Shown in pieces: positions 8,127-18,377 of a stretch of 64,000 nt of DNA. Both the position numbers and the translations under genes were made by a program. Source of the DNA: Patescibacteria group bacterium (GTDB lineage: Bacteria > Patescibacteriota > Minisyncoccia > Phycocordibacterales > PALSA-1337); NCBI GenBank assembly GCA_024654575.1, contig JANLHG010000014.1, positions 24,745 through 88,744 of the forward strand. Direction: 5' to 3'. Every line of letters begins with the position of its first letter. Position 1 is the stretch's first letter. Below the pieces are notes generated by a model. The model was not told the DNA's origin. It did no database searches and saw nothing but the letters and a program-made list of their open reading frames with translations.

Positions 8127-9940
8127 ATACCTCGTGCCCCTGGACTATTTACATAACCGTATGCACTGTGGCCGACAGGAATCAATGTCGCTAACGCTCG
8201 TCTATCTGCAAAAGCAAGGTCTTCCATATCTTTAACTTGAGATGTTTTAAGATGAGATACTACGATGGGGTTTGTAAAGTTAGGAGTTCCTAAACTAACA
8301 ATTTCTTTTCCGGTCATTTTTGAAATAATATTTTTTACTGTAGTTGAGTCACCGCTGCCGATAGCATTAATAAGTAATTGTCTTTTGGCATTTTTAATTG
8401 TAATTTTATCTGCTTCTGATCTTTCACCTTTTTCTATTTCATCTAATTCTCCTTTACCTAAATGCTGGGTGACTAATGGATTGGTAATTGTTTTGGTGTC
8501 TAGTTGTGCTTTTTCTTTAGTACTCATTTTATCTAGAGCATCTTTTACTGCAGTTGCGTTACCGGTAGCCATCGCCACTTTTAGATCTTTAACTCTGTCA
8601 ATGATGCGTTGTTTTGTGGCAACATCTTTTCCTTGCTTAACGCTATCAATTCTTGATTTTGAACTTCCAAATTTAGCACTAGCTAATGCTCCTGTGCTTA
8701 TTTGACGAAGAGATCGTCCGGCAACACTATTCCCAAATGATGTATTTTCAAGTGCTTTGTCTAATGAATGACCAACTCTACCAACCGTATTCCTTCCCAC
8801 AAATCCCTGACCCATTTTTCTTAATGATTGCCCCCACCCCTTTAGTGTACTTGCTCCCTGAACTCCTAGTTTATCAGCAATAATTAAACCAGCGATTAAG
8901 AAAATAATAACTATTAGAAAATTGAGAATAACCACCACCGAACTAGCTCCTGTTCCAGCTCCGCCTGAGAATGCTTGATTGAATGTAGGGCTGACATCAG
9001 ACCCGCCATTTAAAACCTTTTTGAAAGTCGGGTCACTTAAGATTCTTATACCTATGTAAGTGACTAAAAGATAGGCAGGTGCGAATATAGCTTGTTTATG
9101 AAGAGTACTCCACCATTGGTCAGCATAAGACTTTGTTCCCGGTAATACTCCGCTTACATAAGCTAGTGGAGAAAGAGCCATAAGAATAATGAGAACGACT
9201 ATGCGAATAGCAAAAAGAACTGCTGCGGCGAAAAATACGAAAGCAGCTACAAGCATTACGATTGAACCCATAATTGTGGTTGTAAAGATGTGTTTATTAT
9301 CAATACCAGTAGGTGCTCCTCCAGCGAGTTGAGTTGGTTGATTGTAATCTAAAGTGGTTTGGATCCATAGTTGTTGCATAAAGACATCTGAAAGACAGCC
9401 ATCAGCACATTCTTCAGCATTAGGTGTCATTGCATTGTAGAATTGTAGAGCTACTATGTTTGATGCATCAATAATTATCTTGGTGAAGAATAAACTGAAG
9501 TTTATAAGAAGTCCTGCAATGACAATATTGACCAACAGTTTTTTTGTGCCCAGTCCGTCAAGTCCTAAAATCATTGAAATAGCTTGATAGATGATAAGGA
9601 AAATGAAAAACATTGTGGCAAAATCCCGCACTGTTTTCCAAGCGAGAGTAATAGCTGGTATTTGTGCTACTAATGTGGAAATATTTAGTGTCCATTTGAG
9701 AGAATAATTTAGAAGAATACCAGCAATCCATAATACTTTACTAACAAGAGTCATAATGACATTTCCAATTATTCCAGAAGCATTTTCTATGGCACTTTTC
9801 CCGATATCACCTATAGTAAACCAATCACCAATTCCAGCGTAAGTAATTTGTGGAAAAATAATAGTATAATTGGCTACTAGAATAAAGAGAACTATGAAAA
9901 TGTATATTAGTATTTTTTTCATCGTATTAATAGCTGACAT
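8117..9940 (-). CDS. VirB6/TrbL-like polytopic membrane protein with a repeated hydrophilic C-terminal tail
   Basis: Signal peptide followed by at least 6 TM helices over about 380 aa, then a hydrophilic tail. The tail contains two copies of a roughly 45-aa repeat (...TAVKDALDKMSTKEKAQLDTKTITNPLVTQHL / ...TTVKNIISKMTGKEIVSLGTPNFTNPIVVSHL). Confidence 0.5.
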   Translation of the reverse strand: MSAINTMKKILIYIFIVLFILVANYTIIFPQITYAGIGDWFTIGDIGKSAIENASGIIGNVIMTLVSKVLWIAGILLNYSLKWTLNISTLVAQIPAITLAWKTVRDFATMFFIFLIIYQAISMILGLDGLGTKKLLVNIVIAGLLINFSLFFTKIIIDASNIVALQFYNAMTPNAEECADGCLSDVFMQQLWIQTTLDYNQPTQLAGGAPTGIDNKHIFTTTIMGSIVMLVAAFVFFAAAVLFAIRIVVLIILMALSPLAYVSGVLPGTKSYADQWWSTLHKQAIFAPAYLLVTYIGIRILSDPTFKKVLNGGSDVSPTFNQAFSGGAGTGASSVVVILNFLIVIIFLIAGLIIADKLGVQGASTLKGWGQSLRKMGQGFVGRNTVGRVGHSLDKALENTSFGNSVAGRSLRQISTGALASAKFGSSKSRIDSVKQGKDVATKQRIIDRVKDLKVAMATGNATAVKDALDKMSTKEKAQLDTKTITNPLVTQHLGKGELDEIEKGERSEADKITIKNAKRQLLINAIGSGDSTTVKNIISKMTGKEIVSLGTPNFTNPIVVSHLKTSQVKDMEDLAFADRRALATLIPVGHSAYGYVNSPGARGIWY

Positions 9941-11505
9941 TGTTGCAGTTTTATATTTGCTTGGCTTTCAAGAACGGCCATTTTTGTAATAATATCATCT
10001 CTGTCTACTTCTGAATTTACCACTGCTGTAGTATCGTGAAGAATTTGATTTTGAATAATATTTTGGTAATCAGAAGTGGGTGTCACAGTATCATTTACAG
10101 TTTTGGCATTGTTTATCAGAGTTTTAGTATTGTTTAATTTTATAAGATTATCATTTGAATCAGAAACATCTTTAAGTAAAGGCTCTGCTAAAGGAGTGAT
10201 GGATTGGGCAATCATATCCCCTATTTCAACTATTTGAGCTTGAGTGAATGCTGTAGAAGATTTTTGTTGGTAACAACTCTGAGCACTGACTAGAAGATTT
10301 TTTGCTTTTATAACCGCTGAAAGCGAAGCGTTCTTATTTTGGTTGTAAGTTGTTTCTTCTTTTATTGAAGCATCAATGCCTTTAATGGATTCTGTTTTTA
10401 TATTTTGTAAAGCTTGAATATCTTCAGGGCTTTGTTGTTGAGATATTTTATTTATATATGAGGTGCTGTCAAAACTTCCTGACCCGCTTGTACCTTTTAA
10501 TCCGCTTCCTCCAGTAATTACCGTTTTGATTAATTGAGCAAAAAGGGCGTTCACAATTTCATTAAATTCATCAGCTAGTTCAAGTTGTCTAACTCCAGAC
10601 CCTAAAACGTTTTCTAATCCGCTTTCTATGACCGTACCTGGAGTTTGAATTTCGCAATGTTCTTCTGCTACATACCCTTCACCTGTGCCCTCAAAAGATC
10701 GCTCTGGTCCAGTATATGTTCCTTCTCCTGTTCCCTGATCTGGTCGCTCTTCAGTATTTTCACGGCCGGTTTTTTTACAAGACTTCCATGAAAGAAATCC
10801 TTTACCCCAATCAATTTCTGATTTTCGTGCTGCTTGTTTATTAGCAATTCTTAACGAAAGTTCTTCTTCTGCTAAAAGAGAAGCACCGATGTAATTATTT
10901 TGTGGTTCTTGAGTTAATGAAAGCCAATTTCCCCAACCGCCATTGCTAAAGTTGCCTTTTATAAAACTATTATTAAACCCATTTCCTGCATTTGTGGCAT
11001 TATTTACAATATCAGTAAACGTACAAGTAATTTTTTGTTTAAAAGGACGATATCTAAAAGCTAAAGCGATACGAATATCTATACTAAAAGGTTTACAAAG
11101 AAAATTAAGGTCAGACGAACCCTCTATAAACTTCCCTATCTCTTGGTCAGCTATGTCTACAAACATTCCTGCTGGGTCGGTAACGAAAGATGGGTTGCCG
11201 TCAAAGCCAGAGTTTATCCAGTTGACTATACTCGTGGTCATCTGACGAATAATAGCTTTAGCAATGTACCACGCGATGCCGTCCAAAACGGTTTCTTTGT
11301 ATTGCAAAGCATATTGATAAATATTTGAAGTGACACTTTTAGTTGCCGTTATGGTATTTTGGATAAGATTAGTGGGGTCAAATGTAATGTCTCCTATACC
11401 AAACAAAGCTTCACTTTTTTTAGGATATGATAAAAAAGTAGTAGGAATAACGAGAGAAATTACAAGTATGAAGCTTATTATTTTTTTATTTAATAAATTA
11501 AACAT
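9919..11505 (-). CDS. Hypothetical secreted protein (signal peptide; Gly/Thr-rich central region; N/Q/S/T-rich C-terminus)
   Basis: N-terminal hydrophobic segment KKIISFILVISLVIPTTFLSY. No catalytic motif recognised. Confidence 0.4.
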   Translation of the reverse strand: MFNLLNKKIISFILVISLVIPTTFLSYPKKSEALFGIGDITFDPTNLIQNTITATKSVTSNIYQYALQYKETVLDGIAWYIAKAIIRQMTTSIVNWINSGFDGNPSFVTDPAGMFVDIADQEIGKFIEGSSDLNFLCKPFSIDIRIALAFRYRPFKQKITCTFTDIVNNATNAGNGFNNSFIKGNFSNGGWGNWLSLTQEPQNNYIGASLLAEEELSLRIANKQAARKSEIDWGKGFLSWKSCKKTGRENTEERPDQGTGEGTYTGPERSFEGTGEGYVAEEHCEIQTPGTVIESGLENVLGSGVRQLELADEFNEIVNALFAQLIKTVITGGSGLKGTSGSGSFDSTSYINKISQQQSPEDIQALQNIKTESIKGIDASIKEETTYNQNKNASLSAVIKAKNLLVSAQSCYQQKSSTAFTQAQIVEIGDMIAQSITPLAEPLLKDVSDSNDNLIKLNNTKTLINNAKTVNDTVTPTSDYQNIIQNQILHDTTAVVNSEVDRDDIITKMAVLESQANIKLQQCQLLIR

Positions 11506-11514
11506 GATTTTTTA

Positions 11515-12495
11515 TCATTGACTCGATACTCGTCCGAAAACATATCCCTCATCACTTGGTAAAAACGGTATTTTTTGTTGTACGACAAAATTTTTCAAAT
11601 CTTCCAGTGTTTGAGCGAAAAGAGGTAGAATATCGCCGTAGTGACCAAAACCTTTTAGAGAAAAAAGAGGGTCTGAGTACATCGTTCTCATTGACTTAAT
11701 GGTCGATATCATATCGCTTAAACTATTTAGTAAAGCAATTTGAACATTAACAGCACTTGGAGGCACTTTTATTTTTAAAGAATATGAAAGGATATCGCTG
11801 TAACTTTTAATCAATGGGTCAAGTTCTTTTATTTCATCTGGATTATTATGTAACATACTGTCTTGTGCAATAATCGCCGGATCTTTGCTTGAGATTGAAT
11901 AAGTCATAAGTATATGTGCCATTTCATTGGCGTATTGTTTAATAGATGATTCATTATCGGTACTTAATTGCAAATCTTTTTTACTATAAATACCTGTATT
12001 AACGTCAAGGTTTTGATTTTGTAAAATGTTTTGTACTAAACCAGTTTGATTATTGATATCCATTGGAACCCCACCCTGTTTCATAGTCATATATTTACTG
12101 AAGATACTTCTAGCAAATTTATCTGTTTCGGATAAATTAGATTGAGAGACTCCTGTATTTTTTGGTTCTAAAGGATGATCAGCCAAACTATCGTTTGGTC
12201 CAGGAATGGTTGGGTTTCTTCCCTCTTTTACTTCTTGACCATCGGGTATCTTATCTCCGTCAGAGTCCTGATTATGTAAGTCAGTTTTCCAGAGTGTCTC
12301 TTCCCAATCTTTCAATCCATCATTGTCAGAATCTTTATTAGCTAGTTCATTAAAAGTTTTTTCATTTGCAGTTATTGTTGCTAGTGAGTCAATTTTTTGA
12401 GGAATATTATTATAATGAACCAACACAAAAATCCCTCCGAGAACAAATGTAGAGGTAATAAAAACAATACCAATTTTTTTGTGGCTTATAATCAA
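11515..12495 (-). CDS. Membrane-anchored protein with thrombospondin-type-3-like Ca-binding DxDxDG repeats
   Basis: N-terminal TM helix followed by DSDNDGLKDWEE and DSDGDKIPDGQE motifs. First gene of the operon. Confidence 0.4.
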   Translation of the reverse strand: MIISHKKIGIVFITSTFVLGGIFVLVHYNNIPQKIDSLATITANEKTFNELANKDSDNDGLKDWEETLWKTDLHNQDSDGDKIPDGQEVKEGRNPTIPGPNDSLADHPLEPKNTGVSQSNLSETDKFARSIFSKYMTMKQGGVPMDINNQTGLVQNILQNQNLDVNTGIYSKKDLQLSTDNESSIKQYANEMAHILMTYSISSKDPAIIAQDSMLHNNPDEIKELDPLIKSYSDILSYSLKIKVPPSAVNVQIALLNSLSDMISTIKSMRTMYSDPLFSLKGFGHYGDILPLFAQTLEDLKNFVVQQKIPFLPSDEGYVFGRVSSQ

Positions 12496-12542
12496 AATAT
12501 TTTTTGGTTCTACTCTCTATTATAGCAAGTAAACTGTGGATT

Positions 12543-13340
12543 TTATGTGGATAAGATGTTGAAAGTAATATCTTTCCACTGAGCTAATGTTATAGTTTCT
12601 GCTCGAGCTGTTAAAGGAATTAAAAGTTTATCAAAAATATTGACAATTTTTTGTTTTTCTGTGATTTTTTCCAAATTATTTACTAAAAATTTTCTTTTGT
12701 GAGCAAATCCAGCTTTGACAACATCAAAAAACCCTTTTTCATCAAAATTATCAAAAAACTTTTTGGAAATATCATCAATAAGTAAAATTGCGGAATCAAC
12801 TCTCGGGATAGGAGAAAAAAATTTAGCTTTTATGGTATTGATGTATTTGGGATTTCCGTATGCTTTGACACTTATTGATAAAATACTTTCCTTTCCATCC
12901 TTTGAACATATTCTTTGAGCTACTTCTTTTTGCACCATAAGCACCATAAGTTTTGGTTGAATATTATTTGTAAGAAATTGGCGAATTACCTCACCTGTTA
13001 TGTAATATGGGATGTTTGCTACAAGCTTGTAACATGAAGTATGAAGCATGAAGCGTGAAGGATTAAATTCAAGAATATCGGCGTTTACAAATTCAAATTT
13101 ACCTTGAGTAATGAAATCAGCAAATTTTTCTTTAAGAAAATTGGTCAATCTATCATCTTTTTCAACAGCAACTACCTTCGCACCAGTTTGAAGTAATTGT
13201 TCGGTTAAAATGCCTTTACCAGGCCCTATTTCTAGGATTGTATCATTGGAGATTACACCTCCAGCTGATATTATTTCACGAACTGCCCCTTTAGATTTAA
13301 GGAAGTTTTGTCCTAAAGATTTTTTTGAATGAAATTGCAT
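12543..13340 (-). CDS. ksgA: 16S rRNA (adenine1518/1519-N6)-dimethyltransferase
   Basis: SLGQNFL signature and the LEIGPGKGILT SAM-binding motif. Confidence 0.85.
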   Translation of the reverse strand: MQFHSKKSLGQNFLKSKGAVREIISAGGVISNDTILEIGPGKGILTEQLLQTGAKVVAVEKDDRLTNFLKEKFADFITQGKFEFVNADILEFNPSRFMLHTSCYKLVANIPYYITGEVIRQFLTNNIQPKLMVLMVQKEVAQRICSKDGKESILSISVKAYGNPKYINTIKAKFFSPIPRVDSAILLIDDISKKFFDNFDEKGFFDVVKAGFAHKRKFLVNNLEKITEKQKIVNIFDKLLIPLTARAETITLAQWKDITFNILST

Positions 13341-13341
13341 A

Positions 13342-15267
13342 TTAGAAATCTATAAAAATTGCTTTGACACCTGTTTGTACGGAAGAATTTGTTTGGTCAG
13401 TATCTAATAATTCTTCATCAATATCGCTTATGAATTGTGACATAGTATTTGCTTTTTTTGAACCAAAAATAGTACGCATATGTGCATAAGTAAGATATAT
13501 TTTTTTTCTTGCTCTAGTAAGAGCAACATAAAATAATCTTCGCTCTTCTTCTGCCTCTTCATCATTTACTTCGCTTTCATTAAATTTTTTATGAGGGAAA
13601 AGGTCTTCTTCAAGTCCAACAATAAATACATGGTCAAATTCTAGTCCTTTTGCACTATGCACAGTCATTAATTTTACAGCTTCTTGATTTTTTTCCAACT
13701 CGTCTTGGTCTGACGCCAGTGCTGCGTCTTCTAGAAGTTTTTCCATTCCATCACCAAGGGGTAATAAGTCATATTTTGTAGCGAGTGTTACCAATTCTCT
13801 TATGTTTTCGAGTCTTTCCTGATCTTCTTCGGTTCCATTTTTTAAAATTTTTTCTAAACCACTTTCTTGAAGAATAAATTTAATAATTTCTGATGGTTTA
13901 TTTTTTAAAACCATTTCTTTTATTTTTAGTAATAACATTCTAAAGTCGGTAATTCTTTGTCTCATTGCACCGGTTAATTCAGTTTCTTTTCCTGATAAGA
14001 TTTTGAGCAAACTTACTTTTCCAATTCCTCGAGGAGGTACATTTATAATTCTTCTTATATCCACTAAACTCTCTGGATTAAGTCCTGCTCGAACGAAAGA
14101 GAGTATATCTTTTATTTCTTTTCTTTCAAAAAATCTTGTTCCCAAAATTTGATAAGGCACGTTTTTAGAGAGGAACAATTCTTCAAGTGCTCGTGACTGA
14201 AAATTGGCTCTGTAGAGCACTGCAATCTCTTTTGGTGATATATTACTTGCTATCAAATCTCTACTAGTATCTGCAACAAAGCGTGCTTCCTCTATTTCAT
14301 CATATCCAGCATAGACAGTCACTTTTTCTCCCTCTTCATTTTCAGTGAATAATCTTTTTTCTCTTCGCATAGTATTTTTTTCAATGATGCGGTTTGCTAC
14401 TGTTAAAATAGTTTGTGTTGAGCGGTAATTTTGTTCAAGTAAAATAACTTTTGCATTCGGGTAATCTTTTTCAAAGTTTAGTATATTTTCTATAGTAGCT
14501 CCTCTCCAGCTATAAATCATTTGATCAATATCTCCAACACAACAAATATTTTTATGTTTTTCAGATAAAAGTGTAGCTATTTCATATTGTGTTTTGTTAG
14601 TATCTTGATATTCATCTATGTGAATGTATTGCCAAATATTTTGGTAGTATTCTCTAACTTCTTTATTATTTTTTAATAAAAAAGCAGTTTTAACTAATAA
14701 ATCGTCAAAATCTAAAGCATTTTCTTTTTTTAAAATCATTTCATATCGTTTCCATATATCTGAAACAACTTTTGTGAAATATCCTTTATTTTTATCTTGA
14801 TATTGTTCCAGACTTATCATATCTCCTTTATTGCGAGATATGATGCTTATAATTTTAGCTGGTTCGTATTGTTTAGGGTCTAATCCTGCTTCTTCTAAAG
14901 CGTCTTTAATAGCTCGTTTGGAGTCATTTTTATCATAAATAGTAAAATTTCTAATTATTCCTAATATTCGTGAATTTTCTTTTAATATATGAACACCTAG
15001 AGAGTGAAAGGTGCTCATAAAGGGTTTTTCTTGATTATTGATCTCTAAAAGTTTGTCAACTCTTTCCCTCATTTCTTTAGCTGCCTTGTTTGTAAAAGTA
15101 ATGGCCAAAATTGACCTCGGGTCTATTCCACTATTGATTAAATTCAAAATTCTATGTGTAATAGTTTTTGTCTTTCCAGCTCCCGCTCCTGCAATGATTA
15201 AAAGAGGTCCATTTTTATGCATTACCGCCTCTTTCTGCTCTTTGTTAAGCCCTTTTGTGTGATCCAT
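13342..15267 (-). CDS. pcrA: UvrD/PcrA-family ATP-dependent DNA helicase
   Basis: Walker A AGAGAGKTKTITHR and UvrD-like motifs throughout 641 aa. Confidence 0.85.
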   Translation of the reverse strand: MDHTKGLNKEQKEAVMHKNGPLLIIAGAGAGKTKTITHRILNLINSGIDPRSILAITFTNKAAKEMRERVDKLLEINNQEKPFMSTFHSLGVHILKENSRILGIIRNFTIYDKNDSKRAIKDALEEAGLDPKQYEPAKIISIISRNKGDMISLEQYQDKNKGYFTKVVSDIWKRYEMILKKENALDFDDLLVKTAFLLKNNKEVREYYQNIWQYIHIDEYQDTNKTQYEIATLLSEKHKNICCVGDIDQMIYSWRGATIENILNFEKDYPNAKVILLEQNYRSTQTILTVANRIIEKNTMRREKRLFTENEEGEKVTVYAGYDEIEEARFVADTSRDLIASNISPKEIAVLYRANFQSRALEELFLSKNVPYQILGTRFFERKEIKDILSFVRAGLNPESLVDIRRIINVPPRGIGKVSLLKILSGKETELTGAMRQRITDFRMLLLKIKEMVLKNKPSEIIKFILQESGLEKILKNGTEEDQERLENIRELVTLATKYDLLPLGDGMEKLLEDAALASDQDELEKNQEAVKLMTVHSAKGLEFDHVFIVGLEEDLFPHKKFNESEVNDEEAEEERRLFYVALTRARKKIYLTYAHMRTIFGSKKANTMSQFISDIDEELLDTDQTNSSVQTGVKAIFIDF

Positions 15268-15498
15268 AGTATTACTATATCATGGATAAATTTTTTCTTT
15301 ATTTTTGTCCACTTTAGCTAGGTTGACTTTTAAATACCTATAGGTATTATAGAAGTTATCACAGTTAATTCCGATTAAAATGGCTTTGTTAAGCCATTTG
15401 TTTCTGAAAAGGTAGTTAATAACCGATTTAGGCTTATTTTAAAAAAAATAAAAGATTTTATCGCTAAATACGGACATAAGCAGGCACAAAAAGTTGTT

Positions 15499-16476
15499 TT
15501 GCTTTTGTTGATTATGATAGTTCCTTTTCAAGTTCAGGCAGGTTTTTTGTCTTTTGTTTCTGGTTTTTTTGGTAATACTAAAGTAGAAGCGGATACTACA
15601 AATGAGCCAAACTCTCAGAATATGGCTTTGCTTCACGCTGCTATAAATACAGATCCAAATCTTTCTAAAGGTACAAGTGAGATTGTTATTGTTGGAGGTA
15701 GTGCTCTTTTATCTGAAAATGGACCTCTAGGAACAACTGCTGACATACAGGAAGAACATATCAATACTCAAATTAGTGTTTACGTGGTCAGAGAAGGTGA
15801 TTCTTTAAGTAGAATCGCCCAACTTTTTAATGTGTCTGTTAATACTATTTTGTGGGCGAATGATTTACCTACAGGATCAAATATCCAACCAGGACAGACA
15901 TTGGTTATTCTTCCGGTCTCAGGTATTAAATATGCGGTTAAAAAAGGTGACACAATTGAGTCTATAGCTAAAAAATATAAAGCAGATGTTGACGACGTGT
16001 TAAGTTATAACGGTTTTGCTAAAAATACTCAGTTAGAAATAGGTAATGAATTGATTATTCCTGATGGCGAGATAGCTTCAGTTACCAAGAATGTAGTATC
16101 AAAAAAATCTAAAAGCAGTCTGCCTGGTTATTCAGGATATTATATGCGTCCGATTACTGGTGGGTATAGAACACAAGGAATTCATGGTTATAATGGCGTA
16201 GATCTTGCTGATTCAATTGGTACACCTGTTTTTGCAGCTGCAGATGGTATAGTCATTATAAGTAAATCAGGTGGTTGGAATGGTAGTTATGGAAGTTATA
16301 TAGTAATCTCACATCCGAATGTTACTCAAACACTGTATGCACACTTAAGCGGTAATATTGTGTCAGTTGGCGATTCTGTAAAGAAGGGTCAACTTATAGG
16401 ACTGGTAGGTTCAACAGGTCGTTCTACAGGTCCTCATGTTCACTTTGAAATTCGTGGAGCAGTTAATCCTTTTTAA
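15499..16476 (+). CDS. LysM-domain peptidoglycan M23 metalloendopeptidase
   Basis: Signal peptide, two LysM-like segments (EGDSLSRIAQLF..., KGDTIESIAKKY...), and an M23 core (GVDLADSIGTPVFAAADG ... HVHFEIR). Confidence 0.8.
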   Translation: MLLLIMIVPFQVQAGFLSFVSGFFGNTKVEADTTNEPNSQNMALLHAAINTDPNLSKGTSEIVIVGGSALLSENGPLGTTADIQEEHINTQISVYVVREGDSLSRIAQLFNVSVNTILWANDLPTGSNIQPGQTLVILPVSGIKYAVKKGDTIESIAKKYKADVDDVLSYNGFAKNTQLEIGNELIIPDGEIASVTKNVVSKKSKSSLPGYSGYYMRPITGGYRTQGIHGYNGVDLADSIGTPVFAAADGIVIISKSGGWNGSYGSYIVISHPNVTQTLYAHLSGNIVSVGDSVKKGQLIGLVGSTGRSTGPHVHFEIRGAVNPF

Positions 16477-17173
16477 TTTTTTTTCCTGACAATTCAATAG
16501 ATTTGATAACAAGAGTATCCATAGCATCTACAAAATATTCTGGAAGATTACAATTTTTTTTGAAGTAAGACAGCTCTGTACATCCAATTATGATTATATT
16601 ACATCCTTTTTCTTTTAATTCATCAGCTACTTTCATAAAATCTTTTATATCACCCTTCCCTTCTTTTTTTATTCCGTTGTAAATTATGTCCATTAAAACT
16701 TCTTGATTTTTTTCTGATGGGGTAATTGTTTCTATATTATATTTTTTACATTCATTTTCGTATATTTTTGAATTTATAGTTCCATCTGTGGCCATTATTC
16801 CTATCTTTTTTATTTCTGTGTAATTTTGTGTGGCATATTTTAGGCTTTCTTCTATCATATTTATTATTCGTATTTTTGTTTGGGATTGTATTTCATGATA
16901 AAAAAAATGAGCAGTATTGCATGGTATAGCTACTATTTCTACACCTATTTTTTCTAATATCTCCAAATCTTTTTTAATTTGTGAAATAAATGGTTCATAT
17001 TCTTTTGATTCTATAGCTGTAGTTCTATCAGAAATACTACTATGATTTAGTATGACTAAGTCTAAATGTTCTTGATCCGATGAAGTATCTGTTTTTTCTA
17101 CTATTCTAGTAAAAAAATCAGCAGTTGCTTCTGGTCCCATCCCCCCAATTATTCCTAATTTATAGTTAGACAT
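16463..17173 (-). CDS. Asp/Glu-racemase-family protein (aspartate racemase-like)
   Basis: The N-terminus LGIIGGMGPEATADFF and a second Cys-region (IIGCTELS) are typical of aspartate racemase. Confidence 0.7.
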   Translation of the reverse strand: MSNYKLGIIGGMGPEATADFFTRIVEKTDTSSDQEHLDLVILNHSSISDRTTAIESKEYEPFISQIKKDLEILEKIGVEIVAIPCNTAHFFYHEIQSQTKIRIINMIEESLKYATQNYTEIKKIGIMATDGTINSKIYENECKKYNIETITPSEKNQEVLMDIIYNGIKKEGKGDIKDFMKVADELKEKGCNIIIIGCTELSYFKKNCNLPEYFVDAMDTLVIKSIELSGKKIKKD

Positions 17174-18377
17174 AGTATTTTTTATATTTAATAAAGTGAC
17201 TCAAATGTGATTTTAATAAGTATAACAATCTTTTTACTTTATAATCATTTTTATAAAATAATGGATTTATAAAATCTTTTTTTTGTATAAGTAATTTCAT
17301 TTCGTTTTTTAATTCTTGAGGTTTTACATACTTGAATGCTACTTTTATCGGAACAACAAGCCATAATTTTTTGTTTTTAACTACGGTAAACTCAAGCTCT
17401 TTGTTGTAAATGTAGTCATCTACTAGATATTTTGCTAAATTATACCCTGCTCCAGTAACATAAAAATTACTTCTACCCTGTCTTAAATTTATTTCAAATA
17501 TTTTATATTTACCATCTCTGGTGTCGTATTTAATATCAAAGTTTGAAAAGCCATAGAAATCTATGTCTTCTAAAAACTTTTTTATTTTGTTTATAAGTTC
17601 ATCATTAATTTCATTTATGATGACGGCGTGATTTCCTAATCCGTGAGGTGTGTGTTCTTCAAGGAGAACATGTCCTAACGCCATAAGTTTAACTTTTTTA
17701 TTTTTATCAGAATAACAAGTCATAACATGCATATATGTATCATCTCCGGGTATGTAATCTTGTATTATTAATGTATCTTTATATCCAGCGTTATAAATTT
17801 CTTTCAAAACTTTATTTAGTAGTTCATGATTGTTTAATTTGTAAACTTTCTTTTGGCTAGTAAAAGAATTGTTCCAGTATTCAACGCTGTTAGATGGTTT
17901 TACAATGACAGGAAAGTTAAATGGTAAAGTGAAATTTTCTCCCATTTCTTTTTTATGTATAAAAGTTTTTGGGTAATCAATATTGTGTTTTTGACATATT
18001 TCATAAAATTTCTCTTTTTTTATGAGTTTTTCCATTATTTCATAGTCAATATATGGAATAATAAAATTATTAGGAAGTTTATATTTATTTTTACTTATTA
18101 AACTAACATAATTATCTCCACAACCAATTAGTATAAGTTTTTTATTTTTATTTTTTAATGATATTTCGTTCATTATTCTCATAAAACAATCATCTTCGTC
18201 TATCGTCTCTATTGCTGTGAAGTCTATGATTTTGCTGTTATAGCTAGGTCCGTTGCTATATTTTCCTATTACCATTGATTTTATTGAGTATTCTTCATGA
18301 AACGCTCTAGCCATACTGTAAGTATTGATATCACTACCAAGTAATACTGGTATAAAATTTAATTTTTTTATTATCAT
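17166..18377 (-). CDS. ATP-grasp-fold carboxylate-amine ligase (D-aspartate-ligase-like by context)
   Basis: 403 aa with an ATP-grasp-like C-terminal ExN motif (FEINLRQGRS). It overlaps both neighbours by 4-8 nt, indicating translational coupling. Confidence 0.5.
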   Translation of the reverse strand: MIIKKLNFIPVLLGSDINTYSMARAFHEEYSIKSMVIGKYSNGPSYNSKIIDFTAIETIDEDDCFMRIMNEISLKNKNKKLILIGCGDNYVSLISKNKYKLPNNFIIPYIDYEIMEKLIKKEKFYEICQKHNIDYPKTFIHKKEMGENFTLPFNFPVIVKPSNSVEYWNNSFTSQKKVYKLNNHELLNKVLKEIYNAGYKDTLIIQDYIPGDDTYMHVMTCYSDKNKKVKLMALGHVLLEEHTPHGLGNHAVIINEINDELINKIKKFLEDIDFYGFSNFDIKYDTRDGKYKIFEINLRQGRSNFYVTGAGYNLAKYLVDDYIYNKELEFTVVKNKKLWLVVPIKVAFKYVKPQELKNEMKLLIQKKDFINPLFYKNDYKVKRLLYLLKSHLSHFIKYKKYYV

